NCBI RefSeq assembly: GCF_044239695.1
Contig: NZ_JBIIAW010000003.1
Location: 5,316 to 69,315 of the forward strand
DNA length: 64,000 nt
Direction of reading: 5' to 3'
Source of the DNA: Pseudolysinimonas sp.
GTDB lineage: Bacteria > Actinomycetota > Actinomycetes > Actinomycetales > Microbacteriaceae
In this document: positions 38,535 through 47,137 of the stretch, piece by piece
Numbering within the stretch: the stretch's first letter is position 1
Layout of the letters: every line of letters begins with the position of its first letter
Translations under genes and position numbers: made by a program
The notes under the pieces: model-generated
The model's database searches: none
What the model was told of the DNA's origin: nothing
Seen by the model: only the letters and a program-made list of their open reading frames with translations

Positions 38535-38771
38535 ATGGCAGCTGTCTGCCAGGTGACCGGAGCCGTCCCCGGTTTCGGACACAACATCTCGCACTCGCAC
38601 CGCCGTACGAAGCGCCGCTTCGACCCGAACGTGCAGAAGAAGAAGTACTACGTGCCGTCGCTCAAGCGCACCGTCAGCCTGACGCTGTCCGCCAAGGGCA
38701 TCAAGGTGATCGACGCGCGCGGCATCGAAGCTGTGGTCCAGGACCTCCTGGCCCGTGGGGAGAAGATCTGA
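38535..38771 (+). CDS. rpmB: 50S ribosomal protein L28 (no Zn-ribbon cysteines)
   Basis: ATG 38535 with GGAGGA at 38525-38530. Begins [29 protein letters not shown]... and contains a single Cys. Confidence 0.93.
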   Translation: MAAVCQVTGAVPGFGHNISHSHRRTKRRFDPNVQKKKYYVPSLKRTVSLTLSAKGIKVIDARGIEAVVQDLLARGEKI

Positions 38772-38938
38772 TGGCCAAGCAGCAGGACGTCCGCCCCATC
38801 ATCAAGCTCCGTTCGACCGCCGGCACCGGGTACACGTACGTGACGCGTAAGAACCGTCGCAACAACCCCGACCGCATCGTGCTGAAGAAGTACGACCCGG
38901 TCATCCGCAAGCACGTCGAATTCCGAGAGGAGCGGTAA
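38771..38938 (+). CDS. rpmG: 50S ribosomal protein L33 (cysteine-free C- form)
   Basis: Below the ORF-track cutoff. My translation: [55 protein letters not shown]. Its start overlaps the rpmB stop by 1 nt. Confidence 0.93.
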   Translation: MAKQQDVRPIIKLRSTAGTGYTYVTRKNRRNNPDRIVLKKYDPVIRKHVEFREER

Positions 38939-38942
38939 CCAC

Positions 38943-39248
38943 ATGGCCAAGAAGAGCAAGATCGCCAAGAACGATCAGCGCGCCGTCATCATCGAGCGGT
39001 GGGCCGCCAAGCGGCTCGAACTGAAGAAGGCGCTCGTCGACCCGAACGGCACCGACGAGAGCCGCGAGGCCGCGCGCCTCGGTCTGCAGAAGCTGCCGCG
39101 CGACGCCTCGCCGGTGCGCTACCGCAACCGCGACGCGATCGACGGTCGCCCGCGGGGAAACCTCTCCCGCTACGGCATCTCGCGTGTGCGGTTCCGCGAC
39201 ATGGCGCACCGCGGTGAGCTGCCCGGCATCACCAAGTCGAGCTGGTAA
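38943..39248 (+). CDS. rpsN: 30S ribosomal protein S14, long cysteine-free (C-) form
   Basis: 101 aa with no Cys, ending [17 protein letters not shown]. Confidence 0.93.
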   Translation: MAKKSKIAKNDQRAVIIERWAAKRLELKKALVDPNGTDESREAARLGLQKLPRDASPVRYRNRDAIDGRPRGNLSRYGISRVRFRDMAHRGELPGITKSSW

Positions 39249-39300
39249 CCCGTCTCAACTCGGTGATCGAGGAGCACCCGCAGGGTGCGTGTCGAGATCA

Positions 39301-39340
39301 GAACCCCGGTCCCTCACAGGGCCGGGGTTCTTCGCATTTC
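39301..39340 (+). terminator. Terminator after rpsN
   Basis: GAACCCCGG(t)CCCT-cac-AGGGCCGGGGTTC hairpin at 39301-39330, followed by TTCGCATTTC. Confidence 0.65.
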
Positions 39341-39466
39341 CTGGGGGAAGTGCGCCACGGAGGCGAAATGCCCGGAATCATCGGTGTTTGCTGTTAGTTT
39401 CAACTCGGTTCCGGGGGCGTTCTCCCTCGGCCGCCACCAGAAATATCAAGGTCCGAGGAGGACACA

Positions 39467-39754
39467 ATGGCTGATTCGATCAACAAGGCGGACCTCGTCG
39501 CCGCTATCGCCGCGGACTCCGGCCAGGGCCAGGCTGCGGTCTCCACCGTCGTGGACTCGCTCTTCACGGTGCTCGCCAAGTCGCTGTCGGATGGCAAGAA
39601 GGTCAGCATCCCCGGATGGCTGAGCGTCGAGCCGACCCAGCGCGCCGCCCGTCAGGGCCGCAACCCCGCGACCGGTGAGACGATCCAGATCGCCGCGAGC
39701 GTCGGCGTCAAGATCTCCGCCGGCAGCAAGCTCAAGGCCGCGGCCAAGAAGTAA
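39467..39754 (+). CDS. hup: Nucleoid-associated protein HU (short form)
   Basis: 95 aa with ADSINKADLVAAIA... and RNPATGETIQIAAS, typical of HU. GAGGAGG RBS is present. Confidence 0.93.
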   Translation: MADSINKADLVAAIAADSGQGQAAVSTVVDSLFTVLAKSLSDGKKVSIPGWLSVEPTQRAARQGRNPATGETIQIAASVGVKISAGSKLKAAAKK

Positions 39755-39766
39755 CGACTTCTTCCG

Positions 39767-39800
39767 CGAAGGGCGCCGACTGTGCAGGCGGCGCCCTTCG
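39767..39800 (+). terminator. Terminator after hup
   Basis: CGAAGGGCGCC-12 nt-GGCGCCCTTCG, an 11-bp stem followed by TCGTT. Confidence 0.6.
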
Positions 39801-39829
39801 TCGTTCCCGGCGCGACGTAGGCTCGTCTG

Positions 39830-41797
39830 GTGCCCCGCCTCGCCTGGATCGCCGGACCCGCCGCGCTCCTCGCGGCGGCGTTCGCCGCGGTGCTCGTCAG
39901 CCTCGCGGTCGGGGGCGGTGCGACTCCCGGCCTGCTGAGCACGGGCGACGAGACCGTGCTGGTGGGGCTGCCGCTGGCGAAGCTGCTGGTGAATCTGGCC
40001 ATCGCGACGACCCTCGGGGCGCTGCTGCTCGCGGTGTTCGCTCTCGATCCCGACGAGCCCGAGTACGGTCGGGCCCTCGATGTCGCGGCGGCCGGCGCCG
40101 GCGTCTGGACGGTGGCCGGGGCCGCCGCGGCGTTCTTCACCTACTCGAGCATCTTCCAGTCGGAGCTGCGGCTCGACGACCGCGTCGGGGCGGAGCTCGC
40201 GACGTTCCTGTCGCAGGTGGCGATCGGTCGCGCCTGGCTCGTCGTCGTGCTGATCGGCGCCCTGCTCACCGTCGTGTGCTTCGCCGTACGCAACCGCACG
40301 CTGCTGGCGATCGTGCTGGTCGCCGCGAGCCTCGGACTCATCCCGCTGTCGGCCGACGGCGGGCACGCCGCCTCCAGCTCGAGCCACGATCTGGCGTTCA
40401 CCTCCATCTGGTTGCACACGATCTTCGCCGCGCTGTGGGTCGGCGGGTTGCTGACCCTCGTGCTGCTCCGGCCGGTGCTCAGCCCGGGCCGGCTCGCGGC
40501 GCTCCTGCCGCGCTACTCGACGGTCGCCCTCATCGCGTTCGTCGTGGTCGCGGCGTCGGGCTACGTCAGCGCCGCCATCCGGGTCGGCGACCTGCCGGCG
40601 CTGCTGACGCCCTACGGCATCCTCGTGCTGGCGAAGGTCGCCGCGCTCGGACTCCTCGGGGTCTTCGGCGCCCTCCAGCGCCGGTGGCTCGTCGGCAAGA
40701 TCACCGCCGGCGCCGCTCCTCGGTGGTTCTGGCTGCTCGTCGCGTCGGAGCTCGCGGTGATGGGCATCGCCTCGGGGGTGGCCGCGGCCCTCGCCCGCAC
40801 GGCGAAGCCGGTGCCCGACACGGAGCCGGCGATCGGCGTTCTGACTCCGGCGGAGGTGCTCACCGAGAGCCCGCTGCCGCCCGAACTCACCCCCGAGCGG
40901 TGGATCACCGCCTGGGACTTCGACCTGCTGTGGACGCTGATCGTCGGCTTCGGCATTCTCTTCTATCTCGCCGGGGTGTGGCGCCTGCACCGCCGCGGCG
41001 ACCGCTGGCCCGTGCACCGCTCGGTGCTGTGGGTCGCCGGGATGCTCGGCATCCTCTGGGTGACGAACGGTGCGCTCAACGTCTACGAGCAGTACCTGTT
41101 CAGTGCGCACATGCTCGGTCACATGCTGCTGAGCATGGCGATCCCGGTGCTCCTCGTGCTGAGCGCCCCGATCACCCTCGCGCTGCGCACGATCCGCAAG
41201 AGGGATGACGGCAGCCGCGGGCCGCGCGAGTGGATCCTGCTGCTCGTGCATTCGCGGTACGCGACGGTGCTCACGCATCCGCTCGTCTCCGGTGGGCTGT
41301 TCGCGGCATCCCTCTGGGTGTTCTACTACACGCCGATCTTCCGCTGGGCGACCGAGGACCACGTCGGGCACATGTGGATGATCATCCACTTCCTGCTCGT
41401 CGGCTACCTGTTCGCGCAGACGCTCGTCGGCATCGACCCGGTCGCCGGGCAGCCGCCGTATCCGCTGCGGCTCATCCTGTTGCTGGCGACGATGGCGATG
41501 CACGCGTTTTTCGGGCTGTCGCTGGTCGAGGGCGAGGGGTTGCTGCTCGCCGACTGGTACGGCGCGATGGGCCGCGAGTGGGGCGCCGACCCGCTGCAGG
41601 ATCAGCAGAACGCCGGCGCGATCGCCTGGAGCGTCGGCGAGATCCCGACCGTCGTGCTCGCGGTGCTCGTCGCGATCCTCTGGGGGCGCAGCGACGCCCG
41701 GGACGCGAAGCGCGGCGACCGCCAGGCCGACCGCGACGGGGATGCCGAGCTCGCCGAATACAACGCGATGCTCGAGGCGCGGGCAAGCCGGCGCTAA
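39830..41797 (+). CDS. Fused CopD-like copper resistance / cytochrome c oxidase assembly (CtaG/caa3-type) membrane protein
   Basis: 655 aa with about 14 TM helices. The N-terminal half is CopD-like and the C-terminal half is CtaG-like (HMLGHMLLSMAIPVLL). The family fusion is recalled from actinobacterial annotations. Confidence 0.8.
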   Translation: MPRLAWIAGPAALLAAAFAAVLVSLAVGGGATPGLLSTGDETVLVGLPLAKLLVNLAIATTLGALLLAVFALDPDEPEYGRALDVAAAGAGVWTVAGAAAAFFTYSSIFQSELRLDDRVGAELATFLSQVAIGRAWLVVVLIGALLTVVCFAVRNRTLLAIVLVAASLGLIPLSADGGHAASSSSHDLAFTSIWLHTIFAALWVGGLLTLVLLRPVLSPGRLAALLPRYSTVALIAFVVVAASGYVSAAIRVGDLPALLTPYGILVLAKVAALGLLGVFGALQRRWLVGKITAGAAPRWFWLLVASELAVMGIASGVAAALARTAKPVPDTEPAIGVLTPAEVLTESPLPPELTPERWITAWDFDLLWTLIVGFGILFYLAGVWRLHRRGDRWPVHRSVLWVAGMLGILWVTNGALNVYEQYLFSAHMLGHMLLSMAIPVLLVLSAPITLALRTIRKRDDGSRGPREWILLLVHSRYATVLTHPLVSGGLFAASLWVFYYTPIFRWATEDHVGHMWMIIHFLLVGYLFAQTLVGIDPVAGQPPYPLRLILLLATMAMHAFFGLSLVEGEGLLLADWYGAMGREWGADPLQDQQNAGAIAWSVGEIPTVVLAVLVAILWGRSDARDAKRGDRQADRDGDAELAEYNAMLEARASRR

Positions 41798-42753
41798 CCC
41801 CAGAGGGTGATGAGCAGGGTCGTGTCGTCGGCTCCGATCGTCACGACGTAGCTCGCGGTGACCGGGAGGTCCGCGTCGAAGGTCGTGATGCTGCCGTCGA
41901 AGAGCGACTGCACGTCGACCGTCAGGTGCGGCACGAGCTCCGCGTCGGGCACGAGCCAGGTGCCGAACTCGGTGCCCGGTTCCACGGTGAGGTCGGGGTA
42001 CTCCGCGATCGACCAGACCGGGGTCGAGGCGACACGATTGGCGATCGCGTGACCGAACGGGCACCCGGTCGGGAACAGCACCTCCTGGGTGGCGCAGGCG
42101 TCGAGATCGGCGTGCACCTGACGGGTGATCTGCTCGACGAATCCGTCGGCCGGCTGCACGTCGAGCGTCGCGCCGAGCTCCGACCCCGGCCGATCGGCGA
42201 CGAGGCCGACGGCGTCGGCCTGCAGATACCGCGAGTGGTGGTCGAGGCGGTAGACCCCCGGGACGAGTACGGCGTAGGCGGTCGGCTCGTCGGTGGCGGC
42301 CCGCACGCCGTTGAGGTCGAAGCGCGGGTCGTGGTCGATGGTGAGCCCCAGCGTCGCGACCGGGGAGACGGCGAACGCCCACTTCGGGAAGAGGCCGAGC
42401 CGCGATCCCACGCGTTCGACGGTGAAGGACGACACCGCCTCGGTGTCGCCGCGCGACCACGCCACGGTGACGATCTCCGTGCCGGCGTCGCCGGGGGCGA
42501 CCGTCATCTCGCGCACCGCCGTCGGGCCACCCAGTGCGTCGTCGGCGAGGAAGTCGTCGCGCAGGCGCGGGTCGACGGTGACGCCCGCGAGCGACAGGGC
42601 GCCGGCGGCATCCCCGCGGGAGACCGCGTCGAGGTAGACGCGCACGAACCCCGCGGCGCCGAAGGTCGTCGCGTTGAGGGCGACGAGGAAGCCGGCGCCC
42701 GTCGCGACGGCGACCGCGACGATCACCACCCAGGCCACCACCGCGCGTCGCAC
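41794..42753 (-). CDS. Hypothetical N-terminally anchored extracytoplasmic protein
   Basis: 319 aa with a GTG start and one N-terminal TM helix (VVAWVVIVAVAVATGAGFLVAL). Coding-like GC3. No family recognised. Confidence 0.6.
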   Translation of the reverse strand: MRRAVVAWVVIVAVAVATGAGFLVALNATTFGAAGFVRVYLDAVSRGDAAGALSLAGVTVDPRLRDDFLADDALGGPTAVREMTVAPGDAGTEIVTVAWSRGDTEAVSSFTVERVGSRLGLFPKWAFAVSPVATLGLTIDHDPRFDLNGVRAATDEPTAYAVLVPGVYRLDHHSRYLQADAVGLVADRPGSELGATLDVQPADGFVEQITRQVHADLDACATQEVLFPTGCPFGHAIANRVASTPVWSIAEYPDLTVEPGTEFGTWLVPDAELVPHLTVDVQSLFDGSITTFDADLPVTASYVVTIGADDTTLLITLWG

Positions 42754-42819
42754 CCCGTCATCCTACGAACCCGGCTGGGCGGCCCGGTTCGGGGCGGGCC
42801 GCCGGTCTAGACTCGCCCG

Positions 42820-44112
42820 GTGGATCTCCCCGAACTGTCGCCCGAGCAGGCGGCGGTCGTCGCGGCGATCGAGAACACCCGGGACCACATCTTCGTCACC
42901 GGGCGCGCGGGAACCGGCAAGTCGACGCTGCTCGAGTATCTGTCGTGGCACTCGTCGCACACCCTCGCGATCTGCGCGCCGACCGGCGTCGCGGCGCTCA
43001 ACGTCGGCGGACAGACCATCCATTCGCTGTTCCGGCTGCCGATCGGGGTCATCGCCGATCACGACATCGACCAAGGCCCCGAGGTGCGCAAACTGCTGAG
43101 CGCGATCGACACCCTCGTGATCGACGAGGTGTCGATGGTCAACGCCGACCTGATGGATGCCATCGACCGTTCGCTGCGCCAGGCGCGCAGCCGGCCGCAC
43201 GAGGCGTTCGGCGGCACCCAGATCATCCTCTTCGGCGACCCGTACCAGTTGGCTCCGGTGCCCGGCGAGAACGAGGAGCGGGCCTACTTCGCCGACCACT
43301 ACCGCTCGATGTGGTTCTTCGACGCGAAAGTGTGGGACGAGGCCGACCTGCGCATCTTCGAACTCACGACCATCCACCGGCAGCACGAGCTGGAGTTCAA
43401 GCAACTGCTGACCGCCGTGCGGCACGGCTCCGTCACCGCCGAGATGGCGCACCGGCTCAACTCCGTGGGGGCGCGCCCGGCACCGACCGAGGGGGCGATC
43501 ACCCTCGCGACGACGAACGCCGCGGTGAACCGCATCAACGCCCAGGGACTCGGCAAGCTCCCGGGCCGCGCGCTGTCGGCGGTCGCCGAGGTGACGGGCG
43601 ACTTCGGCAACCGCTCCTACCCGGCCGACGAGAGGCTCGAGCTGAAGATCGGCGCGCAGGTGATGTTCCTGCGCAACGACACCGGCATCGACCGGCGCTG
43701 GGTCAACGGCACGATCGGCGAGGTCGTGAAGATCGCCGACACCGTCACGGTCGAGGTCGATGGCGAGGACTTCGAGGTGCAGCCCGCGATCTGGGAGCGC
43801 TACAAGTACTCCTACGAGCCGGCGACGAAGACGCTGCGGAAAGATGTCGTGGCCGAGTTCCAGCAGTTCCCGCTGCGGCTCGCCTGGGCGGTCACCATCC
43901 ACAAGTCGCAGGGCAAGACGTACGACTCCGCGATCGTCCACCTCGGCGCCCGGTCGTTCGCGCCGGGTCAGACCTACGTGGCCTTGTCGCGCATCACCGA
44001 ACTCGAGGGCCTCTACCTCACCCGGCCGCTTCGGCCGAGCGACATCATCGTCGACGACAACGTGCGGCGCTTCATGTCGGGCGTTCAGGCCATCCCGGCG
44101 ATCCAGGCCTAG
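42820..44112 (+). CDS. PIF1/RecD-like P-loop DNA helicase
   Basis: 430 aa. Walker A is GRAGTGKST and Walker B is LVIDEVSMV. Also FGDPYQLAP, and the C-terminal TIHKSQGKTY motif of the SF1B family. Confidence 0.85.
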   Translation: MDLPELSPEQAAVVAAIENTRDHIFVTGRAGTGKSTLLEYLSWHSSHTLAICAPTGVAALNVGGQTIHSLFRLPIGVIADHDIDQGPEVRKLLSAIDTLVIDEVSMVNADLMDAIDRSLRQARSRPHEAFGGTQIILFGDPYQLAPVPGENEERAYFADHYRSMWFFDAKVWDEADLRIFELTTIHRQHELEFKQLLTAVRHGSVTAEMAHRLNSVGARPAPTEGAITLATTNAAVNRINAQGLGKLPGRALSAVAEVTGDFGNRSYPADERLELKIGAQVMFLRNDTGIDRRWVNGTIGEVVKIADTVTVEVDGEDFEVQPAIWERYKYSYEPATKTLRKDVVAEFQQFPLRLAWAVTIHKSQGKTYDSAIVHLGARSFAPGQTYVALSRITELEGLYLTRPLRPSDIIVDDNVRRFMSGVQAIPAIQA

Positions 44113-44756
44113 GCGGCGGCCTTCGCGGCGGTGAGGTCCTCGAACATCTCGGTGTTGAACCGGTAGGCGACGAGCACCTCGTCGATGACGCGCTCCCGCT
44201 CGACCGCATCCCAGGTGGCCGCGTCGAGCTGCTCGCGATAGGTCTCCTTGAACGCCTTCGGGTCGGCGATCTGGTCGAACAGATAGAACAGGATGCCGTT
44301 GGTCTCGAAACCGAAGTGGCGCTTCATGAGTCGGCCGATGGCCTGGCCACCCGACAGGTCGCCGAGGTAGCGCGTGTAGTGGTGGGCGACGAACCCGCCC
44401 GACCAGCCCTCGGCCTCGATCTCGCGGATGCGGGCGACGTAGTGCTCGGTCGACGGGAGCGGGGTGATCTGCGCGCGCCAGTCGTCGCCGAGGAGGAAGA
44501 CGAGGTCGGCCTCGAGGGCGGGCATGCGCGTGAGCTGGTCGCTCAGGAACGGCTGCGCCTCGGCATCCGCCTCGAACGTGCGGGCCGCGGCTTCGAGCGC
44601 CTCGTAGACGAAGTAGTGCTGCACGACGAGGGCGATGTAGTCCTCGCGGGTGCCCTTGCCGGTCATCAGGTCGTGCATGAAGCCGGCGCCCTCGCTCTCG
44701 CCGTGGCCGGACCAGGTGCGCTCGCGGAGGGCCTGCGAGAAGGGGATGACGGACAC
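44109..44756 (-). CDS. hmuO: Heme oxygenase (biliverdin-producing)
   Basis: 215 aa with HmuO/HO-1-like motifs RERTWSGHGESE and HHYTRYLGDLSGGQ. Confidence 0.85.
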   Translation of the reverse strand: MSVIPFSQALRERTWSGHGESEGAGFMHDLMTGKGTREDYIALVVQHYFVYEALEAAARTFEADAEAQPFLSDQLTRMPALEADLVFLLGDDWRAQITPLPSTEHYVARIREIEAEGWSGGFVAHHYTRYLGDLSGGQAIGRLMKRHFGFETNGILFYLFDQIADPKAFKETYREQLDAATWDAVERERVIDEVLVAYRFNTEMFEDLTAAKAAA

Positions 44757-44833
44757 GTTCGCTCCTGAGACTGCGGGGTAAGGGTGACCTTAGTGTCTCA
44801 CAGCGGTCAATCGTCCGGTGAAAGACTCGAGCC

Positions 44834-45133
44834 ATGCCTGATCGACCCGAGATCGTCTGCATCTGCGGGTCCGCGCGGTTCGTGAACGAGATGCGGGCGG
44901 CCAACCGTGAGCTGACCCTTGCCGGTGTCATCGTTGTGGCGCCCGGCGAAGCAGCCGACGTGATCACCGACGAGCAGAAGAGTGCCTTGGGCTCTCTGCA
45001 CCTGCGCAAGATCGATCTTGCCGACCGGGTTCTGATCGTCAACCCGGGCGGGTACATCGGCGAAACCACGAGCAGAGAGATTGCCTATGCGCGTGCTGCC
45101 GGGAAGCCGGTCTCATTCACTGATCCGGTCTGA
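44834..45133 (+). CDS. Small Rossmann-like protein (nucleoside 2-deoxyribosyltransferase-like fold suspected)
   Basis: 99 aa: IVCICGSARF...LHLRKIDLADRVLIVNPGGYIGETTSREIAYARAAGKPV. Lower GC3 than its neighbours. Functional call is weak. Confidence 0.5.
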   Translation: MPDRPEIVCICGSARFVNEMRAANRELTLAGVIVVAPGEAADVITDEQKSALGSLHLRKIDLADRVLIVNPGGYIGETTSREIAYARAAGKPVSFTDPV

Positions 45134-45154
45134 CACGTCTCCTGCCGACTCGTC

Positions 45155-45685
45155 CTAGTGCGCGGGTTCTTGGTGCACCGGGAGGTCGCCCAGGCGTTGC
45201 GGCACTTCGGTCGCGATGAGTGCCGGCACGGTGATCGCGGCGACGGCGAGTCCGGCGACGGCGATGCCGAGGGCCGGATGCCGGGGTTCCTGCGTGTTCT
45301 CACGACGGAGCCCGATGGCGAGGAGCGCTGCGACGGCGAGGCCGAGCACGGTCGCCGCGAGCATCGGCAGCGGCCGCGGACCTTCGACGCCGAGGAGGAG
45401 CAGCACGACCCACGCCGCCGCCGGCACGAGAGCCCCGGCGATCGCCGCCCGCGGGAGCGGCACCCCGGGGAGGGACACCGCGAGCACGCCCCAGAGGAAC
45501 TCGACACCGCCGACCACCGCGAGCCCCACCGCCAGCCCCACGGGTGCGTCGACCGCGAGGGCGAGGTGCAGGAGCCCGGCACCGAGGGCGGCGAATCCGA
45601 GGGCGCTGCGAGTGACGGCGGTCCAGCGCCTCGGGCCGCCCGTGCTGTTCACGGGGTCCACCGTAATCTGAGGGGGTGGGTTCAC
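45155..45685 (-). CDS. Hypothetical polytopic membrane protein
   Basis: 176 aa with about 5 hydrophobic helices. Start is uncertain because it overlaps the GNAT start divergently by 10 nt. Confidence 0.5.
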   Translation of the reverse strand: MNPPPQITVDPVNSTGGPRRWTAVTRSALGFAALGAGLLHLALAVDAPVGLAVGLAVVGGVEFLWGVLAVSLPGVPLPRAAIAGALVPAAAWVVLLLLGVEGPRPLPMLAATVLGLAVAALLAIGLRRENTQEPRHPALGIAVAGLAVAAITVPALIATEVPQRLGDLPVHQEPAH

Positions 45686-46134
45686 TCGTGTTGCGGGCCG
45701 CCCGGGCGGGCGAGGAGGCGGAGCTCACCGAACTGGCCCTTCGGTCCAAAGGTCACTGGGGGTACTCGGCGGAGTTCCTGGATGCCTGCCGGCCCGAGCT
45801 CACGGTGCGACCCGAGCAGCTCGCCGACATCCTCGTCGCCGAGCCGGACGGGGTGCTCGCGGGCTTCCGGCTGCTCGTCGTCGACGGCACGCACGGCGAA
45901 CTCGAGGCCCTCTTCGTCGACCCGCCGTTCATCGGCTCGGGCATCGGACGCCTGCTGATGGACGAGGTGCTCGTCACGGCGCGGGCGCGCGGGGTGCAGA
46001 CCCTGATTCTCGATGCCGACCCCGGCGCCGAGGCGTTCTACGCGCGGTTCGGGGCGCGCACGACCCGGCTCACTCCGAGCGGATCGATCCCGGGGCGGTC
46101 GCTGCCTCGGATGGAGTGGGATCTGCGGGAGTGA
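45676..46134 (+). CDS. GNAT-family N-acetyltransferase
   Basis: 152 aa. Acetyl-CoA motif is LFVDPPFIGSGIGRLLM. Start is uncertain (other in-frame GTG/TTG candidates nearby). Confidence 0.8.
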   Translation: MGSLVLRAARAGEEAELTELALRSKGHWGYSAEFLDACRPELTVRPEQLADILVAEPDGVLAGFRLLVVDGTHGELEALFVDPPFIGSGIGRLLMDEVLVTARARGVQTLILDADPGAEAFYARFGARTTRLTPSGSIPGRSLPRMEWDLRE

Positions 46135-46483
46135 CGGCGGCGACGTCGCGCCGGGCGCCGAGTCCGACGGCGAGGTGGATGACGGCGGCGGCAAACAGAC
46201 CGACCTCGAGCACCGCGCCGAGTCCGAGCACGTTGTACGCGGTGCCGACGAGGAACAGACCCGCGTAGCCGAGAGCGAGCCAGGCCGTGCCGACGGCGAT
46301 GTTCGCCACACGAGCCGGCGCGATCCCGCGCGCGGCGGTGAGGATCAGCGCGACGGCGCCGATCTCGAAGAGGGCCGCGAGCAACGGGCGACCGGTCGCG
46401 ACGGCGAACACGCCGTACGGCGCGTATCCGGCGCCGAGCGCGAGCGCGACGATCCGGTTCGGCGAACTCAGCAGCGTGCGCAT
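46070..46483 (-). CDS. Hypothetical 4-TM membrane protein
   Basis: Start at ATG 46483 (MRTLLSSPNRIVALALGAGY...). 137 aa. Its 3' end overlaps the GNAT 3' end by 65 nt. Confidence 0.55.
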   Translation of the reverse strand: MRTLLSSPNRIVALALGAGYAPYGVFAVATGRPLLAALFEIGAVALILTAARGIAPARVANIAVGTAWLALGYAGLFLVGTAYNVLGLGAVLEVGLFAAAVIHLAVGLGARRDVAAVTPADPTPSEAATAPGSIRSE

Positions 46484-46488
46484 GGACG

Positions 46489-46797
46489 TCAGTGCGGGCG
46501 GGCCTCGACGCCGAGCTTCTCGCAGGCGGCGTCGTAGAGAACGACGACGTCGCGGCGGATCTCCGCACGCTCGGTGAGCGGGGCGCCCGGCCACGGGATG
46601 TGCAGCTCGAGGTCTTCGCCCTCCGACACGTACTTCCACGTGCCGCCGTGCTCGTCGAGGTCGTGCATCGTCGCGTCGCGCACCTCACGACCGGAGAACG
46701 CCCGCACGATGAGCACGTTGTCCTCGATGTGGTCGTCGTTCATGTGGTGCAGCACCGCGGCGACGACGTCGGGGGAGAAGACTGCCATGCCGTCCAC
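46489..46797 (-). CDS. DUF2470-like (heme-utilisation associated) small protein
   Basis: 102 aa: AVLHHMNDDHIEDNVLIVRAF... matches my recollection of the DUF2470 N-terminal motif. Heme oxygenase lies nearby. Confidence 0.6.
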   Translation of the reverse strand: MDGMAVFSPDVVAAVLHHMNDDHIEDNVLIVRAFSGREVRDATMHDLDEHGGTWKYVSEGEDLELHIPWPGAPLTERAEIRRDVVVLYDAACEKLGVEARPH

Positions 46798-46866
46798 GCT
46801 AACCGACGGTCCCTGCGGAGAAGAGATGGTGCGCGCCGTAGGCGTCGACGGCGCGCACCGCGATCT

Positions 46867-46977
46867 TCATCCCTTACCGAGCGTCTTGCCCGCTTGGGAC
46901 TTGGCGGACGCGGAAGAGCTCCCCGACGCGAGCGTGCTTCCGGCCTTCGACAGTTGGGACTTGGACGGCTTCGCCAT
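46867..46977 (-). CDS. Candidate 36-aa Ser/Lys/Ala/Gly-rich small protein
   Basis: ATG 46977 is preceded by GGAGAGGAGG (complement of 46984-46993). Product is MAKPSKSQLSKAGSTLASGSSSASAKSQAGKTLGKG*. The 81-aa track ORF extends it upstream implausibly. Confidence 0.35.
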   Translation of the reverse strand: MAKPSKSQLSKAGSTLASGSSSASAKSQAGKTLGKG

Positions 46978-47137
46978 TCGTATCCCTCCTCTCCGACTAA
47001 CCGCGGATGCGGCAATCGAAGGATAGATCGGGCGTCCGACAAGACTCCGGACGTTCGCTTCTTGGCTCGCAAACGTGACGTCATGGATCGGTGGTCGTTG
47101 CGTCAGCCCCAACCTCGACTACCACCCCAAAACACGA

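Noticed and set aside
39446-42460. 1004-aa minus-strand ORF, the longest in the track.
   Set aside because: It lies antisense to hup, the CopD/CtaG gene and part of the next gene. Its translation is almost pure Arg/Pro/Gly/Asp/His with no motif. The sense-strand proteins are clearly real.
44779-44792. Palindrome TAAGG-gtga-CCTTA in the hmuO promoter region, considered as an IdeR/DtxR iron box.
   Set aside because: The 19-bp IdeR/DtxR consensus (TTAGGTTAGGCTAACCTAA) has 9 nt between the outer pentamers, whereas this site has only 4, and the overall match is poor. It may still be an operator for something else.
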